DNA of 64,000 bases from Negaprion brevirostris (GCA_030324005.1 JARDVH010000073.1:23109579-23173578); one strand, 5' to 3'. Counted from the first letter of the stretch, positions 39,705-53,606 are shown. Made by a program: numbers and translations. The notes: generated by a model from the letters alone, not told the origin.

Positions 39705-40338
39705 AAGCACAAGAACAAAGAACAGTACAGAACAGGAGCAGACCCTTTGGCCTTCCAAGCCTGCGCCAATCACGTTTACCTATCTAACCAACTGCTTATG
39801 TCCCTCCATTCCTGTTTGTTCATATGCCTATCAAGATAAATCTTAAATGTGGCTAATGTAACTGCCTCAACCACCTCACTTGTCAGTGCATTTCCAGGCC
39901 CCCACCACCCTCTGGGCAAAAAAAACTTCCCCCGCATATCTCCACTGAACCTTTTCCCCCCTCGTCTTGAACTTGTGCCTCCTTGTAATTGCCATCCAAA
40001 GATGTGCGGGTTACTTTGATTGGCCATGCTAAAATTTCCCTTCGTGTCCTGAAGTGCATAGGTTAGAGGGATTAGTGGGTAAAGAAGTAGGGATATGGGG
40101 GTAGGGCCTGGGTGAGATTGTGGTCTGTGCAGACTCAATGGGCTGAATGGCCTCTTTCTGTGCTGTAGGTTTCTATGATTTCTGCCCTGGGAAAAAGCTT
40201 CCAACTGTTCACCTTATCTATACCCCTCATAATCTTATAAACTTCTATCAGGTCACCCCTCAGCCTCCGTCTTTCCAGGGGAAACAATCCCAGTTTATTC
40301 AATTTCTCCTCCTAGCTAATGCCCTCCATACCAAGCAA
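39705..40338 (-). mobile_element. CR1 LINE 3' fragment
   Basis: Tail (aagaaca)n and ORF2 end (GKRFSGDMRGKFF). Confidence 0.8.
39992..40183 (+). mobile_element. HE1-type SINE 3' half nested antisense in a CR1 3' end
   Basis: Interrupts CR1 at cttgtaattg|..|ccctgggaaaaagc. Confidence 0.85.
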
Positions 40339-40344
40339 TATCAG

Positions 40345-41218
40345 CTGGTATCGTAACAGCTGTAAGGAAGCTACAAACGTATAGATTAAGTCAGTGGGCA
40401 AAGATCTGGCAAATTTAATATAATGTGGGAAAATGTGAAATTGTTCATTTTGGCAGGAAGAATCAAAAGAAGCGTATTATCTAAATGGTGGGAGATTGCA
40501 GAGCCCTTAGGTGCAAAGGGATCAGGATGTCCTTGTGTATGAATCACAAAAAACTAGTGATTTTGTCAGGAACAGCAAGTAATTGGGAAAACTAATAGAA
40601 AGTTATAATCTATTGCAACAGAAATTGAATACAAAAGTAGGACAATTATGCTTCAGTTGTACAGGGCACTAGTGAGATCACATTTGGAGTACCACGGTAT
40701 TGGTCACTTTATTTGAGGAAGGAAGCAGTTCAGAGAAGATTTACCAGACTAATACCTGGAATAAATGGGTTGCTTAAGAGGGCAGATTGAAAGACTAGTC
40801 TTGTATCTGCTGGGGTTTAGAAGAGTAAGAAGTGACTTGATTGAAACGTACATGATCCTGAGGGGCCTTGACAAGGGGGAATGTGGAGTGAATGTTCTCT
40901 CTTGGGGCAGAATCTAGAACCAAGGATCATTGTTTAAAAATAAGTTGCCCTTTTATGAGATGAGGTGAAATATTTTCACTCAGAGGGCTGTGAATGTTTG
41001 GAACTCCCTTCCTGAAAAGATGGTGCAAGCAGAGCCTTTGAATATTTTTAAGGGAGAGGTGGATAGGTTATTGGTAAGCAAGGGGGTAATAAGTTATCAG
41101 GAGTAGGCGGGATGCAGATTTGAGGTTACTATCTGATCAGACATGACGTTATGAAATGGCGGAGCAGGTTTGAGGGGCTGAATAGCCTGCTCCTGCTCCT
41201 TGGTCGTATGCTTGTATG
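40345..41218 (+). mobile_element. CR1 LINE 3' fragment (RT C-terminus and 3' UTR)
   Basis: DRLSQWAKIWQI*YNVGKCEIVHFGRKNQK..MLQLYRALVRSHLEY.. Confidence 0.85.
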
Positions 41219-42011
41219 ACTCAGACCACTTTTACAAGAGTGAAAAGTTAACCGTGTACGTTCGGACTAGTTATCCAGGTTTATATCAACCTAAAAGGGA
41301 CTGCTGGTGATCACTAAAAAATAGGAAGGAAAGGTTTCTCTTTGTAAACTCCCTCCTTTATGAAGCTGGAAAGAGATATTTGCTCTTCCCTGTTCCACTG
41401 CATTGTTGTGGCTTGTAGCTGGTCCATTCTTGGGCTTCCTGGGTTTTCCTCCTATCTCTCTAAGACTTACCTGAGGAAACCTGCCTGTGAATTAGCAACA
41501 GGCCTAAGTTCAATCCCCAGTGAATGTTGAGCTGCCTCTGCAGGCATGATGGACAATGGCAGTTTGCTTCCATTATTAATATAAGGCCCGTGGCCCAATT
41601 TTGGATGAGCAACAATGCTCCAGTTTCTCGCACACACTGGCAGTGAATCATATGAAGAAAGAACAGGAGGAGGCCATTCAGCCCCTTGAGCCTGTTCCAC
41701 TATTTAACAAAATCATGGTTGAGATGATAGTAACTTCATGTCTACACTCCACCTGAAATAACTTTTCATATCGATGAATCTATCTACTACGGCCTTGAAA
41801 ATATGCAAAGATTTCACTGTCCTTTCAGGAAGAGAACCAAAGACTCATTATCCTCTGAGTGAAAAACTTTGCCTCATCGCCGTTTTAAATGTATAACCTC
41901 TTATTTTTGAACAGTGACTCCCTCGTTCTGTACTCATGACAGTAAGCCATCCTCTCCACGTCCACTCTCATCAAAACCCCTCAGGATCTTAACATGTTTC
42001 ATTTTAACATG

Positions 42012-42385
42012 AGGGAGGAGATGGGCTTGTAGTATTGTCACTAAACTATTAATCCAGAAACTCAGGTAATGTTCGAATCTCAGCATGACAGCTGGTGGAA
42101 TTTGACTTCAGTAAAAAAATCTGGAATTAATAATCTGCTGATGACCTTGAAACCATTGTCGATTGTTGGAAAAACCCATCTGGTTCACTAATGTCCTTCA
42201 GGGAAGAAAATCTGCTGTCCTTATCTGGTCTGGCCTACATGTGACTCCGGAACGACACCAATATGGCTGACTCTCAACTGCCTTCCGAAATGGCTTAACA
42301 AGCCATTCAGTTCAAGGGCACTCAGGGATAGACAATAAATCCTGTCCAGCCAGCGACACTCATGTCCCGAGAATGAATAAAAAAG
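42012..42385 (+). mobile_element. SINE-B nested in a minus-strand CR1 fragment (41650-42472)
   Basis: Full SINE-B; CR1 resumes at atcaagtcaccttttactcttctaaactccag. Confidence 0.85.
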
Positions 42386-43827
42386 AATCAAGTCACCTTT
42401 TACTCTTCTAAACTCCAGCAAATACAAGCCTGCCTAACCTTTCCTCATAAGTCAACCCACCCACTCCAGGTAACTAACAGCCTTTTTCAGTGCTGTTCGA
42501 GGTAGTGCTGTTCCCATTTGCCTCTCTGTCTCTCTCTCTCTCTCACTCCTGGATCTCAGAATCAGTAAACTTGAGAGTCGAAAAGTCAACATGGAGCAAT
42601 GCTGGCTGCTTCTGCCTTTGTGTTCACAATCACCAGGCAGAACTGGTAAGAGATGATATGCTTAAAAGAGACAGTTTAAAACATAACCATCTTATAAAAC
42701 CTCATACTTTGTAATGAAATTTTAAAATATCTATTATAAATACCAATCAGAAGTAATTTCCACAAATTCATTGATGATGTTTCTGTTGAAAGCAATCAGA
42801 AAAACTATTTTTTTTTCCCTGCAAAGTTACAAGAATGTTTTTCATTTTAATTGTTAATAACCATTAAGACATTTTTGTCTACTGTGAAGAGTAACACCAA
42901 AAGTGAGGCTATTAACTTCAAGCTAAATAAGTGGCATTCAAACAATTGACTTAACCCACTGTCTATCCCACTAAATTATACATATGGACATTAAATTATC
43001 TGGACGTTTTCTTACATTCCTGCTGGCAACAAAAGTACTGATTCATAAAGCACATTCTTTATGTGACCAAAAGCTGAAACCTAAATGCAAAGGAATGCCA
43101 CTTAGTTTATTACTTTCTTAAGTAGATCAGACGCTTCAATCAATGTCTAATGAGATACAGACATTAATGTCTGGCAACAATTTTCGATACAATATTAACT
43201 CTTCCCTCACAGAATTTGGTCTCTGTACAGCTGCTCTCAGTTAATCAAACTGCAGCCAAGTCAGACAAAATACTGAAGTCATGCTAGATAAAAGACATTG
43301 GTTTGGTTTCATTTTGGAAAGATGGGAAGAGAGAGAATTCCCAATATTGTCTTGGACGATGAAATAGGTTGGGAAATATCCATAGGAATAGACATGATTG
43401 GTGGGTTGAATGGATGTAACTGGCTTGTGTTCCAATCATTGTATTGTTTCATGGAAAATTTTCCATTGTGTTCACAAGTAAAGTTCTACCTGATCAATAA
43501 CAAAGGCCCCATCTCCCAGTCTCCAGGTAGTTGGAAACCGGATGTAGCCCCCAAGATGCACTACACGATGCTTCAGACTCCCAATGCGGTGATATCTTGG
43601 TGGGAATTGAGCAGGATGTTTGAGCTTCCGATAGGCAATTCCCTTGTTCCCCGGAGTCTCCGAAAACAACTGTGGCCCGGATTCTCTGATCTCGCCCGCA
43701 GCTGAGACTCTCTGGTCCCGCTGCAGGGAGTGGAGATTTTGTCTGAGCATTACATTCTCTGTTCTTGCTGGCAGTGGCCGCAGGGTATGAACAGCTGGAG
43801 AATTTTGGCTCTTGTGTTGGAATCAGA

Positions 43828-44509
43828 GGACAGAATTCAATGGCTGGGGGATTGCGGAGAATGCAGTGGGAAGGCCAAAAATTGCTGGCGTGAATTATTT
43901 CCACAACGGGACCTTGCACTGTTGCCCGCCAGTGGGGAAATCAACTGGAAGCCAATGTGAAACACACTTACAGTCTGCTAATGTGTTGCAAATGAGGGTC
44001 CAACCACCCATGGCACCTAGATTCCCCATAGCGTCAGTGGGAAAACATGCCAGAGCAAAACGCGTTTGGAACAACAATGCATACAGGTGTTGGGACTCAC
44101 CTGAATGATGCCTGGGGCTGTCTCTGGTGAGGTAACTCTGGACCCTGGAACACCATAGCAGTGGGTCGGGGACAGCCTCTACAGATAGATCTTGCAGATT
44201 CAGTGCCCTGAAGGGGGGTTCATCTTCAGCCTCAGAATGCTTCTGGAGATCCATCTTCTTTCTCCAGAGGTCCACCTTCTTTCTTCCATCATGGGTCAGT
44301 GATGTTGGACACCTTTTCAATATGGTGCCTGGACAGGATGTGCCATCAGGCCCGCTCCACGTTGGAATACAGGCAAAGCAGCCGGTTACATAAATAATGA
44401 TGTCGGGCCGGAAGACTTGGCAAATTTTCCCAGCAGCCTCTGCAGCGGGCAAAACTCCACGTTCCTACCCCTGCCACGGGGCTTAATCCCAGATAGGTGA
44501 ACTCTGCCC
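43828..44509. mobile_element. 682-bp non-autonomous Harbinger-type element, preceded by a small MITE at 43674-43810
   Basis: TIRs ggacagaattcaat / ggtgaactctgccc; exact TSD AGA. Confidence 0.65.
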
Positions 44510-44619
44510 AGAGACTCTGGATATTTTTGACTTACTTATCTGAATAGTTGTTCAGGAAATCTTAAACAGAAAAATTCTTGTTTAACCCCTGAGTAACTAT
44601 ACAACAGATCCTCCAATTA

Positions 44620-45250
44620 CACACACTGACTCTCCCAAACTCCTCCTTAACCACCCCCCACCCCCCACACTGACCCTCTCCCCCTCAACCCCAACTACTT
44701 CCAACTCAAGCTGACTCCCTCAACACCACAATCCAAGCTGACGTGAGCACCCGCCTCCAACTACCCCCCTCTGCCCAACTCCACCTCCCCCTCACCCTGC
44801 GACCTCACCACACCTCCTCTGACTCTCCTCACCCGACCTCATCCTCCAACTACCCCAATCCCTGATTTTCCCCGACCAACCAACTCCCCTTGACTCTAAA
44901 CTCCCCTCCAACTTGACCTGACCCCAGTCCCTGAACTGGCCCCCACCCCACCTACTCCACTAACATCCTCGACCTGTCAGGCCCAGATCTTATCACCCTA
45001 CTCCCTCACCCGGCCTTTTCCCTGACCGGACCCACCTTACCCACATACTACCCCCATCCTACCAACTTATCTTACCCACCCTACCCCTTATCTCATCCAC
45101 CTCATCTCCGNNNNNNNNNNNNNNNNNNNNNNNNNNNNNNNNNNNNNNNNNNNNNNNNNNNNNNNNNNNNNNNNNNNNNNNNNNNNNNNNNNNNNNNNNN
45201 NNNNNNNNNNATCCACCTCATCTCCTTACCCAACTCATGCTACCCCGTTA
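44620..45250. repeat. C/A-rich low-complexity tract with a collapsed tandem repeat at the gap
   Basis: Strong C skew; atccacctcatctcc on both sides of the 100-N gap. Confidence 0.75.
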
Positions 45251-46870
45251 CCCACTGACCCTGTAGCTTTTCAAAGAAACTCTGGAGCATTGAAACTCGT
45301 TACTTCCCAGAATACGGTAATTAGTGCCATAATAAAGGAGGCACGGATTCCCTTCCCTGATATCTCGGAGATTTCCTGAACTCATCATTTCATTTGGAAG
45401 GATCTTCTCCATCAAATAATTGCCCAGGAATATTGGAGGAAGATTAGTGTTTTGTTTGATCAGAGCCATCGAAAGATCTGGGCTCATGCTGTACCCAAGT
45501 TAGCTTCAAAAAGTATATCGTCGGCTGTGAAGTGTTTTCTGATGATCTGAGGAGGCGAAAGGCACTATATGGATTTAAGTGTCTTTTTTTTAGCTCCAAA
45601 TACTCTATTCTTATGGCCTTAAAGATAGGCTCTTGATTGGTCGGGGGATTAAAGGTTACAGGAAAGGTGGGAGAATAGGGTTGAGAAACCATTAGAAAGC
45701 ATGGTTCCTGCTCTGTCCAAGGCTGCCAGAAACTACAAAGGGTCATGAACGATGCCTAGTCNNNNNNNNNNNNNNNNNNNNNNNNNNNNNNNNNNNNNNN
45801 NNNNNNNNNNNNNNNNNNNNNNNNNNNNNNNNNNNNNNNNNNNNNNNNNNNNNNNNNNNNNNNNNNNNNNNNNNNNNNNNNNNNNNNNNNNNNNNNNNNN
45901 NNNNNNNNNNNNNNNNNNNNNNNNNNNNNNNNNNNNNNNNNNNNNNNNNNNNNNNNNNNNNNNNNNNNNNNNNNNNNNNNNNNNNNNNNNNNNNNNNNNN
46001 NNNNNNNNNNNNNNNNNNNNNNNNNNNNNNNNNNNNNNNNNNNNNNNNNNNNNNNNNNNNNNNNNNNNNNNNNNNNNNNNNNNNNNNNNNNNNNNNNNNN
46101 NNNNNNNNNNATATTAATGCATGTGACAGTAATAAATCAAATCAAATCTTATCTATGATTGAATGGTAGAGCAGGCCTGATGGGCTGAATGGCCTAATTC
46201 TGCTCCTCTACATTATGGTCTTATGTTTCCATACTTGAATCATTCAAAAGCAGAGACAGCCGGTCTGCTGCTTACAGAGATGATGTATATCAATAGCAGA
46301 GGATATTTTTAATGTAGAGATTTGTGCTTGGAAAACATATATTGTTAAGAATGACACTGTCCATTGTTCTTAAAAATCTAGAGATTGCACGCCTCAACAG
46401 TTCCCAGATTGCTTTTTACGCGGGGCTGTAAGCTACTGCTAGTGTTATTTTGTTGAAGTATATCATGTCGGCAGAACCATATATTATCAGGAAGATCAGA
46501 GGTCACAGAGCGTTCTGCAGTCTGCTGATTGCAGTCGCAAATGAAGAAAGGTGAAAGGAGATGGATGATTAATCAAAAGGGAGGAAGGCCAGAAAATAAA
46601 TAAATCACAGCGGCAACAGTAGTTCAACTTTCAAAAAAGATTTCTATCAATGAAAATAATGCTGCACAAAACAAGATAATAAAATAAAACATTAAAAATC
46701 TGCTACATTCAGAAGAGATTGTGATTGTGTTGTACTGCGCCCTCTTCTGCAAAAGTGCAGTACACTAAATNNNNNNNNNNNNNNNNNNNNNNNNNNNNNN
46801 NNNNNNNNNNNNNNNNNNNNNNNNNNNNNNNNNNNNNNNNNNNNNNNNNNNNNNNNNNNNNNNNNNNNNN

Positions 46871-47220
46871 AGGGGAGGCAATGGCTTCATGGTATTATCA
46901 CGAGACTATTAATCCAGAAACTCAGCTAATGTTCTAGGGATCCAGGTTCGAATCCTGCCACGCAGACGGTAGAATTTGGATTCCATAAAAAACAATATCT
47001 GATGATCATGAAACCATTGTCAACTGTTGGAAAAAAACCATCTGGTCCACTAATGTCCTTTAGGGAAGAAAATTTGCTGTCCTTACCTAGTCTGGCCTAT
47101 ATGTGACTCCAGAGCCACTGATTGCATTGCCCATCCCTAGTTTCCCTCCAAGGACAACTGGGGAAGGGCAATGAATGCTGGCCAGCCAGCGACACCCATG
47201 TCCCACAAATGAAAAAAAAA
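46871..47220 (+). mobile_element. SINE-B, full length
   Basis: Head ggggaggcaatggcttcatggtatt..ggttcgaatcc; A-rich tail. Confidence 0.85.
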
Positions 47221-47477
47221 CTCTATAGATATGTGATCACACTAACATATCCATGATATAGTTAAAGGCTCTTATTTATTAATGCACATTAACATTACTA
47301 TCTATATCAGAGGCAGAATTTTAACTGCTGGTGAGGTAGGTTCAGAAACGACTGGGAGCTTAAAGCTACAAAAAGTGACATTAGGTCATAAACTTGGCAT
47401 GAACTCACCACGTCCTGACTTAATTTCACATGAACATTATCAAAAGCAGAAGCTTACACCAAAGAAAGATTCGAGTA

Positions 47478-47922
47478 CCAAAAGTTTGGTCAAAAGAGAT
47501 AGGCATTAAGGAATGGAGAGAGTCACAATGGTGGGAATGGTGTCAAGGCAGAATACAGGGCCTGGGGCCTAGGAACTGAAGACAGAGCAACAAATGGTAA
47601 GATATGGAAATCAGATGACATTCAAAAGGCTGGAATTGAAGTGCACAGAGATTATGGAAAGCTGTCAACTTGAGGCAGGGCAGAGATAGGGAGTGATGAG
47701 ACCATGGGGGGATTGAACACCAGGCTGAGAATGTTAAATATGAGAAACTGCTGGACCAGGAGCCAATGTAGGTTAGCAAATGCAGGGATGATGAGTGAAA
47801 AGACTTGGTGCAAGCTGGCATATGCAAAGCGTGATTTGAGATGAGCTTCGATTTGCCCATGGAGGAAGGCAGGAAGCGGGCCATGAGAGAACTGAATTAG
47901 TTGAATTTAGAGATAACAGTAA
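47478..47922 (-). mobile_element. L2 LINE 3' fragment
   Basis: caaaagtttggtcaaa..gggcctaggaactgaag..ccaggagccaatgtagg..agagataaca resembles the reverse strand of shark L2. Confidence 0.65.
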
Positions 47923-47947
47923 GTTAAGGAAACAAATTAAAAACAAT

Positions 47948-48300
47948 GGGTGGGACTTTCCACTGGGTTGGATCGACAGCCCGAGTAGAAAATCCAGTGT
48001 GTGGCGCAAATTGCATTACGCGCCAAGTTAAAGGCATGAGGCAATTGTCCCAATCTTCCAACTTGTGACATAACAGGAAGCCCCATTACAATAAATTGAC
48101 TTTTTGTTATCAGCCCTTTATGCCTGATAATCTCTCCCCACCTCCTCACCCATTACATAATTCATTCACGTCAGCATGCGTGAGTTATGACAGTTCAACT
48201 ATGGTAGACACCTGGCAGGCAGAACCCACCAGGGGAGTAGAGGTGAGTGCATTAGCACATTGCTTGTGGGGGAGTGGATAATTCTATCCTTAATATTGGG
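47948..48300. mobile_element. Non-autonomous Harbinger-type element fragment
   Basis: Starts gggtgggactttcc. Internal part is similar to the reverse complement of 21760-21850. Confidence 0.5.
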
Positions 48301-51300
48301 ACAGCCTTTAAAAATGGCACCTGATCAGGGTGCTGCTGACATGGGTACAGCCTGTCAGTGTGTTTTTTTTTCAAACAGATGCGTTTTCCTATTTTAAATT
48401 TTTATCCCATTCTTAAAGTTACAAAGGCAATGTTCACAGTGAATCGGGTGGACCTGAATCCATCACCTTACTTGCTCCAAAAAGCAAATTGAAATTGAAT
48501 CCAATTCATGGTTCCCCCACAAGATCCAAGCTGATAAGGTAAGGCATTCCACCCCATAATGGGCTTGGTCTGATGCTTGATATTAGCCAAAAGGCAGAGA
48601 AGTGTGGGACCTGCCCCTTCAATTTTTTCCAACTAGCCAAACAACTTGTCGGAGGAAGCTGCCATTGGATCCAGTGGCTCCTGCAGGGTCTTTCCCACCC
48701 GCTGTGCCACTCTGCCAGAAAAGTTGGAAAACTCCACCTAATGTCACCAAAAACTGATTCTACCATTTTAATAGTTATTAAACTTATGACCAGCAATAAT
48801 GTTAGAACTTGAGCAAGGTTGATAGTAGTACACTTATTGGTGAATGCAGGAACACCTGCTAGCTAACACCAACAATCTCTCTTACGGTCCACCCTAAACA
48901 TCAAACAAAATTTAGATCACAAAAACAAATTCCACTTTAATGGCACTTGATCCATGGGCAACTATAAATACCAGAGTAAAAGCTTTTGTTGGACTCCAGT
49001 TAAAAGGCATGACTGGAATGATTTAAACTAGCTCGCTCAAGCACAATGTGTCCGCAGATATCTCCTTCAGGATTACCATTTAAGTCCAATCTTGAACTAA
49101 AAAAATGAAAGCTTTTCCAATGGGCTGTAAAATGTGAGAAAGCTTGAAAGAAACAACATATTGACTGATGCAAACTGACAACTCACTTGTTTAATCTTCC
49201 AATTTCTATATCATCATAGCTTGGCTTTTAAACCCAAAGTTAACAGTGCATAAAATATCCTCTTGCAGAATGTTGGACTTCTTTTTAAATCTCATGAATT
49301 TGCAATATTGATGCAAGAAATAGTTGTAAATGACATATGGGAATGAGAAACATGACCCAGTCACCAGAAGTACACAGACTAAAAACATTTGTGGAAATCT
49401 CCAAACAATATTTGCAAAAATATTCTCGGAAATTGAAGAGCTTAGGAAACTCAGGCTAGCAGGAGATGTTAGGCCTCAATTTGCTGACATATTGCTATCA
49501 TAAATTGGACAGCAACAGGTGGTGAGGAAGAACCCTTCCATGAAAAGCAAAATGCTGCAAGTTGCTGGATGATTTATACTGTGCCAACTCTCAAAAACAG
49601 CATCTCAACCTTAACCTCCTCATGAAGTTGCTGCATTTAAACATTTATTTCCCCTTAAATGCGCCACAGACAGTTAATTTATAGCACAAGTTTCCTTGAA
49701 CGATGCAATGATTGTTGGCGGAGATCGTGAATACGGTTAGATTCATTCTTTCAGGTCATGAATTGTTACTAGAGTTTTCTTTAAATATCAAATTTTAATT
49801 TTTAACACTTATAAATTTACTTCTCCTTTGTGTCATTTTTGTTTCCCCACACACTCTCAATCCAATATTTCTTCACCTCTCTTAGTGCCTAACTTGACAT
49901 CCAGGCACTGCAGATGCTTTTATACATGCTTAAATATCTCCACTGGTATCAATAGAGAATGCAACACAGACTGTGTATGCAACAGCCCACAGCAATGCCT
50001 CCCCTCAGGGGGAATCAATGCAAGTTTGCATAGTACTGCTAGAAATAGTGCTACACTGAAACCCTTGCCCTCCTTAATTTGAGCAAAAATAATTCATTTT
50101 GATGTAATTCTGGGCAAAATAGTCATTGTACTTGGGCAGATGCCCAAAGGAGGAGCACATCATAAAAACATCTTTTGGAATTTGTTCAAAGGTAAATTTG
50201 ACTGGCAAATGTTTAAAAAAAAATGCTTAACCAAATTCACTGGAGCTCAGTCACAGAGGTATACATTCGCCTATGTTTTTACAATCAGACAGCTAGCTAC
50301 AGCCTTTAGAAAGAGAGGTTGAAGCCAAACAGCTTTTGTAAATGGTGAGAAAAAGGAATAGGTCAACAATGTAAGAATGTTACTTATTTTGTAGTCTAAC
50401 ACAATAGTTTTAAGCTACTTTTAACTACACAAAAAGCTAACCATGCTCACCATCTGTTGCTGTTGGGGGGGCAGAAGGCGGGATATTGAATTTAATGATC
50501 AGCCATGATCAAAGTGAATGGCAAGGCAGACTCGAAGGGCCGAATGGCCTACCCCTGCTTCTATTTTCTGTGTTTCTATGTGATGCTAAGATTATTATTC
50601 ACACACACTGTTTAATAATTTGCTTAGAAGTTGGATTCTAACATAAAATGTTGCACTATTCTGCTACAATTTGGAGACAAGGAGAATCACATGAAGCACA
50701 ACTTCGAACCAGTGACTGATATAAATTGAGGAGCATCCTCTGCTTGCTCCCTGGACACACTACAGGTGTGTCTAGACACCTGGGGAAGCAAACACGTNNN
50801 NNNNNNNNNNNNNNNNNNNNNNNNNNNNNNNNNNNNNNNNNNNNNNNNNNNNNNNNNNNNNNNNNNNNNNNNNNNNNNNNNNNNNNNNNNNNNNNNNAAC
50901 ACGTTCTCACAGATACAGGGATCACCAGAACCTTAATTACAGAAAGGAAAAGTATCTAGAATAAAAGTTCAAATCGTTTTGATTAGAAAACTAATGTGTA
51001 CAGAATGAATTGGCACTTGGAAAATGTTCTCTCTGACCGAACATTTCATCCATGAGATGCTTGGTAACAAGCTTCTCTAGTGTTCATTACTAATTTGGTT
51101 TACAAAAGGTTTCAGGACTTAGAAAAAAACACTATACATGGGAAAAGCACAGGCAGCATAATGTGTTCCTCTTAGAAGCTGGTGTTGCTATGAACTGCAC
51201 ACTTTTTTAAACTGAGTGGCCTTGAACTTAATCCAGGATTACTCAAATGTACCAGCAGAGGGGAAACAACATCCCTTGCTTCTGCCTTTGTAACCTTCAG

Positions 51301-51766
51301 CATGGTATCAGTTTGCACTGAAACTTGAATATCCAAATGGGATTAAACATAAAAGAAAACTAGAAAGAAAGGCCCTGGATTAGAATTTGAACTGCTCCTT
51401 ACTGTGAGAAAAGGCCACATTGCTGTCACTGACCTTTACCTCCTGTGCGTGATGCCAGTTGTGCTTAGTCAAGTGTCTAAGGAAGCCTCTATCAATTCAC
51501 ACCATATTTACCCTTTTGCTGCTGGAACAGGTGTTGGGCTCCTGAAAGGACAAGCGTGAAACTTGTTGCTGACTGGCTAACCAATCCTGCCAGTCTGTGC
51601 TACCTCCTCTGTGGGAGAAGAAAATTAACTCAGTGCTGAGACTCAACACAAGCTAAATGATAAAGTAATTGCTGAGACTTTGCTGTCAGTGGAACTCTCA
51701 TCCCTGCTAACAAAATGCACTTGTTTAAAAATGCAGCATGTTTTCAGTCTCATGGGAAAGGGATTT

Positions 51767-51867
51767 CACACACATACATGCACACACACACATACGCACA
51801 TACACATATGAACACACATAACACATATACACATACACAAACACCCATACAAACACAGGCACACACA
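51767..51867. repeat. Degenerate (CA)n microsatellite running into a gap
   Basis: Seen directly. Confidence 0.95.
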
Positions 51868-53437
51868 NNNNNNNNNNNNNNNNNNNNNNNNNNNNNNNNN
51901 NNNNNNNNNNNNNNNNNNNNNNNNNNNNNNNNNNNNNNNNNNNNNNNNNNNNNNNNNNNNNNNNNNNNNNNNNNNNNNNNNNNNNNNNNNNNNNNNNNNN
52001 NNNNNNNNNNNNNNNNNNNNNNNNNNNNNNNNNNNNNNNNNNNNNNNNNNNNNNNNNNNNNNNNNNNNNNNNNNNNNNNNNNNNNNNNNNNCACTGCTCA
52101 AAGTTAATGTATAAAATCTTAAAAGTCCCACAGTCACCATTTCTGTAAGAGGTCTAAAATGTCATGTTGAACATATGCTTGTCAACCTTTTGCATAGAAG
52201 AGCTTCTCTAGTTTACAGAGCTGTAGCACTTACAGCAATCATCTATGAGAAAACTTGCATTACTTCGGCAGAATCTTTTCTAGGTAAATACCTAGCAGTT
52301 TCCTTCCTAATTTACACATTCACAGGACAACTATTCCTTGAAAGGGATAATTACAGCTAGCAATAATGTAGCATTTCTTATAAGGTGTTGAGAAAGTAGA
52401 ATATAACTAAAGGGCTCACTCAGAAAATATGGCTTAGCATGGCTTGATGGGTTAGAGAGAATAGCATGACTCAAAAAAATTTAAGGCATACAAAAAATGG
52501 AACGCTCTAGGGAAAAAAGAAGCTACAACCACATAAGTATGGGTGTAATCATATTCTAGAACATAAGAACATAAGAAATAGGAGCAGGAGTAGGCCATCT
52601 AGCCCTTCGAGCCTGCCCCNNNNNNNNNNNNNNNNNNNNNNNNNNNNNNNNNNNNNNNNNNNNNNNNNNNNNNNNNNNNNNNNNNNNNNNNNNNNNNNNN
52701 NNNNNNNNNNNNNNNNNNNNNNNNNNNNNNNNNNNNNNNNNNNNNNNNNNNNNNNNNNNNNNNNNNNNNNNNNNNNNNNNNNNNNNNNNNNNNNNNNNNN
52801 NTATAGGTTGTTCTTTAAAAATTTTCTTTAATAGTGTGGTATGATAGGTCCACAATAAAAGTTGCACTACATATGTACAGAGTCTTAACATAGTTATAAT
52901 TAAGTTATAATTGAGTTATAACTAGATATTTGCAAAAGTTGCTCATTCATATATGCACCCAGTATTTGAGTCTGCTTTAAATAAATCCTGAAGGCATTTG
53001 GTTCTAGATAGTTTAAAGAGCCTTTTTTTAAGTTCATTTTCTCCCCTTTTAATTGACTTCTCTCTGAGACCCTTGCATCATACATTTTTTCCAGAATAGA
53101 CAGAAAGGGAGTGAATGCTGCTCTCCAATCAGATTCCAGGGAAGAATGATTCCGGATGACTTGCCTTCTGATTTTTTATTCCACTTACCCTTCAAAATTG
53201 TTGGCCTCTGTCTAGCATCAGTTTCTGGCAAATAAAACTGTTTAGAATACACTACACAGTAATCGCAAACTTAATTCTATTCATACAACTTCAGTCGTTC
53301 AGTTCTCTATTGAACAACTGAAGAGCTTTGCTTAATTCTCAAGCATTTTGTTCATTCATTTCAAGTTTTAAAAATGAATGAATTATTCACTCCATCTAGG
53401 CATTGTTTGGTGATAGGAATTGGTCAGAAATGGTTAC

Positions 53438-53606
53438 CTGCACAAAGCTGCACATTATACTCCCCTCCAATACAGGTAGGCTGGGACGGCTGTGCCGATA
53501 AACGTTGACAGTGTAAGTTGCTATGACAGTAGGTTGAGCGCGAGACTCATCCGATACCAGAATGTGGATTCTGTTATTGCCGAGACCAAGAGGATAGTTG
53601 GCAATG
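53438..53606 (-). CDS. CPED1: Next internal coding exon of CPED1, cadherin-like beta-sandwich part 2
   Basis: Polypyrimidine tract ending ccccctcAG and donor CAG|GTaacc. 169 bp. AG from the previous exon plus C gives AGC (Ser), so the frame joins exactly. Encodes IANYPLGLGNNRIHILVSDESRAQPTVIATYTVNVYRHSRPSLPVLEGSIMCSFVQ, which resembles recalled CPED1 [36 protein letters not shown]..CGFVQ. Confidence 0.92.

Larger units (their letters stand above)
1..53437 (-). other. CPED1: Probable large intron of CPED1, continuing beyond the window start
   Basis: Lies downstream of the donor at 53437. I found no exon resembling the expected next peptide (DCGL..CGLQ..) by eye; N gaps could hide one. Confidence 0.65.

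Noticed and set aside
43895-44452. 185-aa ORF, the longest in the track
   Set aside because: Lies wholly inside a TIR/TSD-bounded non-autonomous element, with no host-protein similarity.
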